Origin: an uncultured Acidimicrobiia bacterium
GTDB taxonomy: Bacteria > Actinomycetota > Acidimicrobiia > IMCC26256 > JAENVU01
Assembly (NCBI GenBank): GCA_963805415.1
Contig: CAWDUD010000004.1
Location: 9,803 to 73,802, forward strand
Direction of reading: 5' to 3'
DNA length: 64,000 bases
The notes beneath the pieces are model-generated. The model had not been told where the DNA came from, did not search any database, and saw nothing but the letters and a program-made list of their open reading frames with translations. This document shows, in pieces, positions 29,301 through 38,860 of the stretch. Made by a program: the position numbers and the translations under genes. How positions within the stretch are numbered: position 1 is the stretch's first letter; every line of letters starts with the position of its first letter.

Positions 29301-29693
29301 CGGGTCTGGGACCTGGCCGCCGGCCGGGAGGAGGCCGTCCTCACTGGCCATGACAGCGAGGTCTTCTCGGTGGCCATCACCCCGGACGGTACCCGCGCCT
29401 TCAGCGGCGGCGCCGACGCCACGGTGCGGGTCTGGGACCTGGCCACTGGGACAGAGATTGCTCGCTGGAGTGCGGATCATCCCGTGATCGGGTGCACCGC
29501 GCTACCAGGCCGCCCTCTCAGGATTGGTATCGGACAGGGACGAGGCTGCCCTTGTGTGCTTGAGCTGCACGCCGCGCCGCGTCGGCCTGCGAACGAGAGC
29601 CTGACAGGCGACGGTCATCGAAGGCTGGGACCGAGAGCGGCGCCATCCCGTTCCGGCATGTCGCGCCCCAGCCTCTATCGCAGGTTGCGTTAA
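26359..29693 (+). CDS. STAND NTPase: NB-ARC domain + 14 WD40 repeats (frame break near 27933)
   Basis: Walker A 'GPGGAGKST', Walker B-like 'LLIAVENV', 'VLFTTR' and a GLPL-like 'GNLPLCVALAGG'. These are followed by a helical linker and 14 x 42-aa WD repeats ('GH..V.SVA.TPDG..AVSGS.D.TVRVWD'). ORFs 25729-28026 and 27984-29693 join if one G is added to 'TGG' at about 27933. The start could be ATG 26305 or 26359. Confidence 0.85.
27844..29480 (+). repeat. Tandem 126-nt coding repeats (WD40 blades)
   Basis: Thirteen-plus consecutive 126-nt units. Units two apart can be identical over more than 100 nt (for example about 28873-28990 versus 29125-29242). Confidence 0.9.
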
Positions 29694-29801
29694 GTTAAGA
29701 CCCCAGGTCAAGAGCATCTGCGCAGCTGAAGCCGACGCTGGCTGCTCCTCGCAGTGGTACGCCCGTCCCAGTGGGCCTAAGCGAGCTCAGCTTAACTTAA
29801 C
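29689..29801. repeat. 11-bp perfect inverted repeat GTTAAGTTAAG / CTTAACTTAAC enclosing 91 nt
   Basis: 29689-29699 and 29791-29801. The left arm contains the STAND stop codon. It is AT-rich in a GC-rich context and is followed by a palindromic GTTATAAC (29828-29835) and a TATAAC repeat. Confidence 0.8.
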
Positions 29802-30114
29802 AAACCGGGCGCACCCGCGTTGCCAAAGTTATAACAAATATATAACGGAGGTCATCCGCTATTATCCAGCAGACGTCTTCTTTTAGGCAGCTAGAAGGGG
29901 TTCCGGTCAATATGTGCTGATATCACGCGAAACCGCTGCCAAGTGCAGCTATCGGGGAGTTCGTCACTGTGACGACTGGGTGGGGGTTTCATCGCCGTGG
30001 CCGGCCTATGAGTTCCTTGTCTTTGCTGTGGACCGCTCAGCCTGCTCGTCTGCGCATCGGCCTTGCTTCATGCGCCGACCCTCGGTCTGACGAGCCTGAG
30101 GGCGAGCAAGACAG

Positions 30115-31782
30115 ATGAAAATAGCGATGATGACTGAGGGCACCTATCCGTTCAGTTTCGGCGGGGTAAGCGTGTGGTGCGATCAGCTCATCCGCGGAAT
30201 GACTGGATATGAGTTCCAGCTAGTCGCCATCGCGGCGACGGAAGCCGAGCAAGTGGTGTGGTCACTGCCGGACAACGTCACCGCCGTGCACAAGGTGCTG
30301 CTCTGGGGTCGTTCGCCCGCCGGACCAGCGGGTCGGCGGCACGCCCTTCCAACCCGCATGCTGCGCGGGTTTATCGATGTAGTGCTCGACCCCTCGGCCC
30401 AGGCCCGTTTCGCCGATACGCTGCGCGAGTTGTTCGAGTTCTCACTTCACGGGAATCTTAGCGCTGGACTGGCCAGCGAGAAGGCCGTGCAGTTCCTAAG
30501 CGAGGCGTGGCGGGACCGGTGGTCAGGGGCAGGACAGTCCGTACCTACCCTGCATGATGCCGTCACCGCACTGCAACTGCTAGAGCACTGCCTTCGCCCG
30601 TTGTCATATTCGCCCATCCAGGCTGATATCGGGCATGCGGTGACAAATGGGCTCGGGGTGCTGCCTGCGCTGGCGGCGAAATGGCAATATGGCACGCCCT
30701 TGCTGCTTACTGAGCATGGCATCTATTTGCGCGAGCAGTACCTGGGGAATCGCAAGAGCCCTTACCGATGGCCGGTGAAGGCGTTCTACCTCGGATTTAT
30801 GCGCCACCTGTGTGCGCTCGGCTATAGCGAGGCTGCTATGATCACACCGGGGAATGTCTACAACCGGCGCTGGGAAGAGCGGCTCGGCGCGGAGCCGACG
30901 CACATTCGTACCGTATACAACGGGGTGGAGCCGGACAACTTCCCTGCTCTTGAGGGCGAGCCCGAGGTTCCGACGATCTCATGGGTCGGACGTGTTGACC
31001 CGATCAAGGATCTTGAGACGTTGCTGCGAGCGTTCAGCCTGGTGCACCGGGAAATGCCCGAGGCAAGGCTCCGCATGTTCGGGGCGCCCCCCAAGGGCAG
31101 GGAGTCCTACCTGCAGCGCTGCCGGGCGCTAGCCACGGAGCTCGGCATCAGCGATGTGGCGACGTTCGAGGGCCGGGTCGAGAACATCCGCGACGCTTAC
31201 GAGGCCGGCAGCGTCGTCGCGCTCTCCAGCGTTTCCGAGGGCTTCCCGTACAGCGTGATCGAGGCAATGACCTGCGGCCGTACGTGCGTGGCGACGGACG
31301 TAGGAGGGGTCACCGAAGCCGTCGGAGATACCGGCCTGGTGGTTCCTCCGCGCAGCCCCGCCCCCATGGCGCAAGCCTTCCTTACCCTGCTGCGGGACGA
31401 TGAACTGCGGCACCGGCTCGGCGCCGCTGCCCGCACCCGGGCGTTGGAGCGCTTCACGGTTGACGGGGCTATCAGCAGCTTCGATGAGATCTATAGCTTT
31501 ATCAGCGCCGGCCGCCGGGTGCCGGTCGCGGCGCCTGAGCCGGATGCCCATGACCGGCCTGAAGCCGATGACGAATCAGACCTGCCGCCGTGGGAGGCCC
31601 CAGATGACCGTGAGCACCACGTCGACGCAGCACGATCCGCCGTCTGGCCAGCTGGCACACGGAGTCCGGCGGCAAACGGCGGCAAACATCGCCGAGGATT
31701 CCAAGCCGCGCGGTCTGGAGCAGCTTTGCGAGCAGTTCGTGGAGGTGTGCGAATCCGCAGTCGATCCGCTGGAAATAACTAG
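30115..31782 (+). CDS. PelF-like GT4 glycosyltransferase (DUF3492-type N-domain + glycosyltransferase family 1 domain)
   Basis: 'MKIAMMTEGTYPFSFGGVSVWCDQLIRGM' matches the PelF N-terminal signature ('EGTWPYVRGGVSSW..Q'). 'LLLTEHGIYLRE', and C-terminal GT-B motifs 'ISWVGRVDPIKD' and 'ALSSVSEGFPYSVIEAMTCGRTCVATDVGG'. The last roughly 60 codons overlap the next gene and may not be real. Confidence 0.85.
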   Translation: MKIAMMTEGTYPFSFGGVSVWCDQLIRGMTGYEFQLVAIAATEAEQVVWSLPDNVTAVHKVLLWGRSPAGPAGRRHALPTRMLRGFIDVVLDPSAQARFADTLRELFEFSLHGNLSAGLASEKAVQFLSEAWRDRWSGAGQSVPTLHDAVTALQLLEHCLRPLSYSPIQADIGHAVTNGLGVLPALAAKWQYGTPLLLTEHGIYLREQYLGNRKSPYRWPVKAFYLGFMRHLCALGYSEAAMITPGNVYNRRWEERLGAEPTHIRTVYNGVEPDNFPALEGEPEVPTISWVGRVDPIKDLETLLRAFSLVHREMPEARLRMFGAPPKGRESYLQRCRALATELGISDVATFEGRVENIRDAYEAGSVVALSSVSEGFPYSVIEAMTCGRTCVATDVGGVTEAVGDTGLVVPPRSPAPMAQAFLTLLRDDELRHRLGAAARTRALERFTVDGAISSFDEIYSFISAGRRVPVAAPEPDAHDRPEADDESDLPPWEAPDDREHHVDAARSAVWPAGTRSPAANGGKHRRGFQAARSGAALRAVRGGVRIRSRSAGNN

Positions 31783-33156
31783 TGCACTGGAGTTCGACGG
31801 TCTAAGTGACCGGCTAGCGCGGAAGCGGTACGGCGCTTCTGATGTGTTTGCCCTGGCTGAGGAGATGTTCCGGCGTGTGCCGCGGCGGCCGGCCGAGCCT
31901 GGCCACAGCCCGACCCATGGCAGACAAGCAAGGTACGGGCCGCCCTGCACGGCCTGCTGTACGGGTTGCCGACTGTCTGCTTCGCGGCTTCGAACGGGCT
32001 GCTGGCCGGGCACGAGGTGCTCATTGTCCTCATCGTGGCCCTGCTCGCGTCGTGGGCGCTGGGCCAGGGCCTTGCCTATCTCGGGTACGCCCGGCTAAGC
32101 CGGGCTGATCGAGCTCAGGCGGCCCACCTGCTGCTCGTTGGCGAGGCCGCCGGGTTCGCGGGCATTGTCTGCGCCTTGGCCGTCACGTCCCTGGCGGTAC
32201 ACGCGCACGGTATGACGCTCATTTTCGGCCTGGGTCTCGGGGCATACATGCTCGGCGCCACGGTGCTGATGGTCTTGGGCGGCGAGCGACTGCTGCTGGT
32301 CGCGCTCGCGCCCGGGGTGCTGGGCTCCGCGACGTTCCTGATCCTCGGCCGGCCATCGCAGCTCCAGTACGCGGCCTGGGGGGGCCGTGGCCGCCACACC
32401 TGTGCTGGCTTTGACCATAGCCGCGGTCCGCTCCGGCTACGTCGCTGGCCTTTTCGGCAAGGCCAGGGAAGCGCGCAAGGGGCAGTCAGCTGGCAAGCTG
32501 CTGGTGGCCGCGAGTTGCGTGATGCGCTGCCGAGCGCTGGATTCGGACTGGTAGCCGCCGCGCTTTTGGTATTCCCGATCGCGGTCGCGTTGCTCGGGTC
32601 CCACGCTCCCACCGCCGGGGCAATGCTGGCCTCGCTGCCCCTGGCACTCAGCATGGGCGCCGCCGAGTGGCTGCTCATCTGGTTCCGACGGCGAACACGC
32701 CGGCTGCTGGGTAGCACACTGGACCTGCGGATCTTCAGATTCCGGGCCTGGATAGTGCTGTTTGCCGCCCTGCTGCAGTACCTGGCGGCCGCTATCCTGC
32801 TCACCGCTATTCTCGCCACGATCGCTAGCCTGGCTAACCTCGTTCATCTGCATGCGATAGCACTCACGCAGATCGCGGCGTACATGGCACTCGGCGGCGG
32901 GATGTTCCTGGCTTTGCTGCTACAGGCCTTCGGCAGCCGCACGTTCCCCCTGATCGCCTGTGCAGCAGCGCTGGCTGTCGAGGTCATGCTGCGTGGTCTA
33001 GGCGCATTGGGTCAGCTGCTGACGTGCGGGGCGTTGATGGTGGTGCTGGCTGTGTACGCGGCGGTGGTGCGGGGCGTGTGGTGCGGCATGGCTGAGATGG
33101 GTGCGAGCCCTCGCGGCCGGGCTGAGGAGCTAGGTAGGGGAGGGCATCGTGGGTGA
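31604..33156 (+). CDS. Polytopic membrane protein, unknown family (candidate exporter/co-synthase; about 3 frame breaks)
   Basis: ATG 31604 has a GGGAGG sequence 6 nt upstream. The cytoplasmic N-domain reads 'DPLEITSALEFDGLSDRLARKRYGASDVFALAEEMFRRVPRRPAEP', followed by at least 10 hydrophobic helices. Frames change near 31920, at the G7 run 32379-32385 and near 32505. Confidence 0.55.
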
Positions 33157-33771
33157 GCAGTCGTCATGGAATCCGTGGGACCAGCAGATTCCGAATCAGT
33201 GGCAGAGAACGTCTCTGTACCAGGGTCAGCCGTATCAAGGGCAGCCCGATCCGGGACAGTCCCTACACGGGCCTTCCGTCGGCGAGCCACCCCATCGTGA
33301 TCCCGGTTACCGTCCCCCGCCACAGCCGCACAGAACGCCACCTCGCGGGAACGGCCACTGGGTGCGGAACATCCTCTCCGGCGTCGGTGCCCTGGTCGTC
33401 GCCATCGTGCTGATCTATATCTTCTCGAGCCGCGGCGGCAGCGGCGCCTCATCCGACTCGCATGCGTCAGCCGCGTCCGCGCACCACTGGATCACGTACA
33501 CAGTCACCGGTACCGCGGCGCAGACGTGACCTACGGCCCGGCTGGGACCGAGATGAGCGCCATGGTTCCGATGAAGGTGACGGTTCCGCTCCAGAGTGCC
33601 TTGTTTTACACGATCACCGCCCAGCTCAACGGCCACGGCAAGGCGGCATGCGCGATCTCCGTCGACGGGAAGGTCATCGACCGGGCCAAGGCGACGGGTG
33701 GCCACCACATCGCACAGTGCGGGATCCAGCGGAACCAAGGCACGGGGACCTGGGAGAGCGTCCGGGGGTAG
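33149..33771 (+). CDS. MmpS-like membrane-anchored protein (frame break near 33524)
   Basis: GTG 33149 overlaps the upstream stop. There is a Pro/Gln-rich N-terminus, TM 'ILSGVGALVVAIVLIYIF', then 'ITYTVTGTAAQ|VTYGPAGTEMSAMVPMKVTVPL...ACAISVDGKVIDRAKATGGHHIAQC', typical of the MmpS-type beta-sandwich. Confidence 0.55.
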
Positions 33772-33789
33772 GCAGTAATCCCAGCAGGT

Positions 33790-34983
33790 CGGCCCCCGGG
33801 TGACTGATCAGGGTGCGGATCGCCTGGTAGCAGCACAGCATCGCGTAGATCTCCTGCCGGATCAACGGCGGGGATTTCGCTCGCAGGACGACGGCAGTAC
33901 CGCCACGGAGAGAGGTCTCCAGCTCATCGAAACAGGTTTTCAGCTGCCAGTGCCGGGCGTAGGCGCCCACAGCTTGATCCGCTGACAACACCGACGGATC
34001 GGTGATGTCGGTGACCAGGGGGAAGGCTTCAGGGAGCACGCTGCCGTTCCGGCTGGCGGCCGAGTACTCGATGACCCGGACCGGAATGCCGGGGATGGCA
34101 GGAGGATAGCCACCCTCGCGCCGCATCCGGCGGAGAACGCCGCCGGGGTTGGCAACGCGGAACAGGGTACCGACGGTCAGGAAGCAGCTCCAGCACCTGG
34201 TAGGTCCACATCATCCTCGCCCGTCATAGTACATGCGCCTTGGCTGCCAGCACATCCTCCAGCAAGCCGTGCGACAAGAAGTCGCGGCTGGCGAGCAGCA
34301 GGTCGTCGTGGGCATAGTAGTTGTTCAGCAGCTTGCTGGTCAGCGGCAGCTCTCCGGCATCCAGCGGCGCCAGCTCGGCCCCGGAGCACCGCCCAGGTCC
34401 CTGCACCGGCCCAAGCCGACGACGCGGACCGCGGAAAGGGTCCCGGCCCGGCGTGGTCGCCCGGATAGCCGAACTCGAGTCCCGTTCTCCCTGGTGGCCT
34501 GGACCTCCAGGCATATCCCGTTGACCGCGATCAGACGCATCCGGCTCCACCCGGGCGATGTCTGGCTGCTCTGCGGCCGACGGCCTGGCTGCTGCTGCTA
34601 GCTAGCCGCTGGATCGCCGGCCTGGAAAGCCGTTGCCGGGCCAGAGAATCGCGGCCGGGGAGGGCTGCGTGCCGAGCGCGGGCCTGCCGCGGCAACGATC
34701 GCGCCCGCCGCAACACCGAGTACCTTGCACCAGCTTGTCCCAGACCTGAGTGTAGCCGGACCCCGGGACAGATCACCACTACCAGAAGAAAGGACACTCG
34801 ACGACACGCGCGGGAAGGGTACCGCTTGCGCTGTCCCGGACCTCGGCCTCGTCAACGACCTTGTCGACCAGTTCCGGCGGGAAGACCTTTGCCGAAGTTG
34901 CGATCCCGATCCGGTCCGGCAGGTGGTTCCCCGAATCTCCCCGCTGTCTCTTCGGCGACGCAATCGCTATCTGTTCTGGTCAT
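33790..34983 (-). mobile_element. IS4-family transposase remnant (multiple frame breaks, 3' truncated)
   Basis: N-terminal IS4-type segment 'LPDRIGIATSAKVFPPELVDKVVDEAEVRD...LPARVV'. DDE region 'DDLLLASRDFLSHGLL' and 'VRVIEYSA...YARHWQLKTCFDELETSLRG...LRAKSPPLIRQEIYAMLCCYQAIRTLI'. The pieces lie in all three minus frames. No terminal inverted repeats were identified. Confidence 0.7.
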
Positions 34984-35561
34984 TCACCGCTGGAGGAGGG
35001 TTCACCGGCGCCGGGAGGTTCACTGCGGCGGTCACCTCGGTGATGATGGTGGTGCCTGTGGCCACCAGGCGGCGCGCCTTACCGAAGTCGCCGTGCGCAA
35101 TGTCCGTCCCGGCCTTTTCGAGGTCTTTCAGCGCGGATCTGTAGGCCTAAGCTTGTACCGGAGGCATAGGCCCGGCCAGCGCGGCCTTCGCGTCAGCGGC
35201 GAGCCGGGCGCCTGCAGACCTGGCTGAGCTGGCGCTGCGAGCCCGTTCCGCGGCGCCGAGCTTGCTCAGGTCGGCGTCGACGGCCGCGAGTAGCTAACTC
35301 GCGCGGCCGGCCACCCATTTCTGCTCCTTGTGACGGCAGCCTCCCTGATGACCGTGGGAGTGGCGGACGGGCCGATGACGGCGAATTCGCGCCGCCGCCG
35401 GCATTGACGATGACCCCGGCGATGATGCCGGGAACTATGACCGGCACCAGCACAGCAAGAGCCTTCTGCCAGCGTGACCATGACACCCATACGCGTGACC
35501 GTGACGCGGCCGGCGATCGCCGCGATCCCGGGCTCTTGGCCCGCTTCCCTGGCTTTGTCAT
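34967..35561 (-). pseudogene. Degraded ORF for a membrane-anchored hypothetical protein
   Basis: 'MTKPGKRAKSPG...ALAVLVPVIVPGIIAGVIV' (basic N-terminus + TM), then frame changes and one in-frame stop before 'YRSALKDLEKAGTDIAHGDFGKARRLVATGTTIITEV'. Confidence 0.25.
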
Positions 35562-35646
35562 GGCCCTCTCTTTTCCTATTTCCTCGGCATCGTTTTTCAG
35601 GGCTAGCCCTCCATCGGAGGGCTAGCCCCCTGGACCGTGGCTCAGC

Positions 35647-38600
35647 TCACCGTCAGGGTGAAGGTCTGCTTGGCTGAGCCGGCAGAGTTGGTGGCGGTGA
35701 TGGTAGGGGTGAGAGGTCCCGGCGGTGGTCGGGGTTCCCGACAGGGTTGCCGTCCCGTTGCCGGCATTGGTCCAGGCTCAACCCCGGCACGCTGCCGGTA
35801 CGGCTGAGGCTCGGTACCGGGTAGCCGCCGGTGGTGACCGTGAACGTGAAGGACTGCCCGTGGGTCGCCGTCGCCGACGGGGCGCTAGTGATCCCCGCCG
35901 CCTGGTTCACGGTCAGCGTGAATGCCTGCGTGGCGGTGCCCAGGGCATTCGACGCCGTGATCGTCAGGCGGTACACGCCGCCCTGGTTGACTCCGGGCGT
36001 GCCGGGCCAGGGTAGCCGTGCCGTTGCCGTTGTCGACCCAGGTCAGGCCCTGCGGGAGGGCACCGGCCTCGGCCAGCGTCGGCGCCGGCCCACCGGTCGC
36101 CTTGACGATGAAGGTGAACGCGGAGCCCGCCGTGGCCGTGGCCGATGCTGCCGAAGTGATCGCTGGCGGCCCTGTGACGGTCAGCACGAACGCCTGGGTT
36201 ACCGTGCCTGCTGAATTGTTCGCCGTGAAGGTCAGCGGTAGGTGCCGCCGTTTGCCGCCGTCGGGGTGCCTGTAATGGTTGCGGTCCCGTTGCCGCGGTT
36301 GGAGAAGCTGACACCGGCCGGAAAAGTCCCGCTAGGGGTCAGTGGTGGTGTATGGTGGCCGGCCTGCCAGTGGTGGTCACGGCGAAGGTGAACGCCGCCC
36401 CGACGTGGCCGTCGCGGTGGCCGGGCTGGTGAAGGCCGGCACGGTGCCTGCTGCCGGCGCCTTGACCGTAAGTGTCAAGGACTGAGAGACCGACCCCCGG
36501 CGTTGTTCGCGGTGAACGGCACGGTGTAGGGCCCGCCGCGACCGCTGGGGTGCCGGACAGCGTTGCCGTTCCATGCCGTTGCGGAGAAGCTCAGCCCGGC
36601 CGGCAGGTTCCCGGCGCTGAGCGCCGCCGCCGGGTACCCGGTGGGGTCGACCGAAAGGTGAAGGCCGTACCGGCGGTCTCGGTCACCGCGGCCGCGCTCG
36701 TGAAAGCCGGCGGTTGGTGACCGTCAGGGTGAACGCCTGGCTCGTCGTCCCCGTCAGTTCCTGGCGGTGATGGTCAGCGGGTACCGCCCTTGCCGCCGCC
36801 GTCGGGGTGCCGGACAGCGTCGCCGTGCCGTCGGCGTTGGCGAGGAACGTGATGCCCGGCGGCAGCGTCCCGGCCCTGGTCAAGGTGGGGGCCGGCGTTC
36901 CGGCCGTAGTGACCGTGAAGCTGAACGCCGTGCCCGAGGTCGCCGTCGCCGTGTTCGCGCTGGTGATGGCCGGCCCGCTGTTGACCGTCGAGGTGAAGGC
37001 CTGGGTAGCCGTTCCGGCGGATTGTTGGCGGCGATGGTCACCGGGTAGGTACCTGGCTGCCCGCGGCGGCGTGCCGGACAGCGTGGCGGTGCCGTCGCCG
37101 TTGTCCGTGAAGGTCACCCCCGACGGCAGCGCCGGCTGCTCGTGGCCGTCAGCGCCGCCGTCGGGTAACCGGTGGTCGTCACCGTGAACGACCCGGCCGT
37201 CCCGGCCGTGAACGTCGTCTTGTTGGCGCTGGTGATCGCCGGCGCCGCGTTGCGGGTTGACGGTCAGCGTGAAGCTCTGGGTCGCGTCGGGCCGACGCCG
37301 TTCGCGGCGGTGATCGTGAACGGGTAGGTGCCGCCGGTCCGGCGGCCGGGGTGCCGGCCAGCGTGGCCGTGCCGTCGCCGTTGTCGGTGAAGGTGACGCC
37401 GGACGGCAGCGACCCGGTCTCGGTCAGCGCCGCGTGTCGGGCTGCCGGTCGTCGTCACCGTGAACGAGCCCGCCGTGCCGACGGTGAATGCCGTTGATCG
37501 GCGCTGGTGATCGCCGGGGCGGTCTGGGCGCGTTCACCGTCAGCGTGAAGCTCTGGGTCGCGTTGGAGCAGCACCCCGTTGCGGCGGTGATCGTGAGCGG
37601 GTAGCTGCCGCCGGTGCCGGCGGCCGGGGTGCCGGCGAGCGTGGCCGTGCCGTCGCCGTTGTCGATGAAGGTGACGCCGGACGGCAGCGTCCCGGTCTCG
37701 GTCATCGCCGCGGTCGGGATGCCGGTCGTCGTCACCGTGAACGACTCCGCCGTGCCCACGGTGAACGTCGCCGTGTTCGGCGCTGGTGATCGTCGGGGCC
37801 TGCTGAACGGTGACCGTGAACGTCTGCGTGGATCGGGCCGACGCCGTTGGTGGCGGTGATCGGGATACGGGTACGTGCCGGCGCGTCGGGGTGCCGGCCA
37901 GCGTGGCCGTGCCGTCGCCGTTGTCGGTGAACGTCACGCCCGGAGGCAGGCCGGACTCACCCCAGGTCGTCGCCGGGAAGCCGCCGTGGTGACGGTGAAC
38001 TGACGGCGACCCGACGCCCCCGTGGCGGTGTCGGCGCTGGTGATAGCCGGCGACTGGCCGACGATGACCGTGAAGGCCTGGGTGGCGTCGGGGCTGACCC
38101 CGTTGCTGGCGGTGATGGTCACGGGTGGCGTGCCGGTGGCCGTGCGGGGTGCCCGAGAGATGGCGGTGCCGTCGGCCGTTGTCGGTGAACGTCAGCCCGG
38201 CGGGCAGCGTTCCGGTCTCGGTGATCGTCGGCGTCGGCGAACCGGTCGTAGTGATCGCCACGCCCCCGCCTGGTTCAGCGTGAAGTCGGCGGTCGGACGA
38301 CTGGTGATGGTCGGCGCGGTGGCCGCGCTCACGGTGATGGTCAGGTTCAGCGTCGCCAGGCTGCCCGAGGATTGGTGGCCGTGATCGTGACCGGGTAGCT
38401 CCCCGCCGAGCCGCCGGCAGGGGTGCCGGCGATGGTCGCGGTGCCGTCGCCGTTGTCCTTGAACGTCAGCCCGGAGGGCAGGGTCCCGGATTCGGTGATC
38501 GAGGCTCGGGTAACCGGTGGTGGTGACTGTATAGGTGCCCGCCACGCCGGTGCTGAAGGGTGCCGTGCTCGGCACTGGTGATGGTCGGCGCCTCGGCGCT

Positions 38601-38860
38601 GGTCAGCGTGAAGCTCTGGGTCGCGTCGGGCCGGCCCCGTTCGGTGGCGTGATCGTCAGCGGGTAACTGCCGCCGGTGCCCGACGCTGCGGTGCCCGCGA
38701 TGGTCGCGGTGCCGTCGCCGTTGTCGGTGAAGGTGATGCCGGAGGGCAGCGCCCCGGTCTCGGTGAGCATCGGCGCCGGGCACCGGTGGTGGTCACCGTG
38801 AAGCTGAAGGGTGCCCACGATCGAGGTGGCCGAGGATGCGCTGGTGATTGCCGGGCCCAC
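35647..38860 (-). repeat. About 12 tandem coding repeats of about 270 nt (putative Ig-like / He_PIG-type domains)
   Basis: The 'ITSA' motif recurs about every 270-280 nt (near 38850, 38590, 38310, 38040, 37790, 37510, 37240, 36965, 36430, 36170, 35890). The copies are divergent, not identical. Confidence 0.8.

Noticed and set aside
27846-29446. Minus-strand ORFs of 459, 323 and 198 aa with their own internal repeats
   Set aside because: They are mirror images of the WD40 coding repeats on the plus strand. The plus strand gives canonical WD40 blades, whereas the minus-strand products are Pro/Arg/Gly/Ala-rich.
27844-38860. CRISPR array (two regions of tandem repeats, 27.8-29.5 kb and 35.6-38.9 kb)
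   Set aside because: The periods are 126 nt and about 270 nt with no unique spacers. Both translate into protein repeats (WD40, Ig-like). No cas genes are present.
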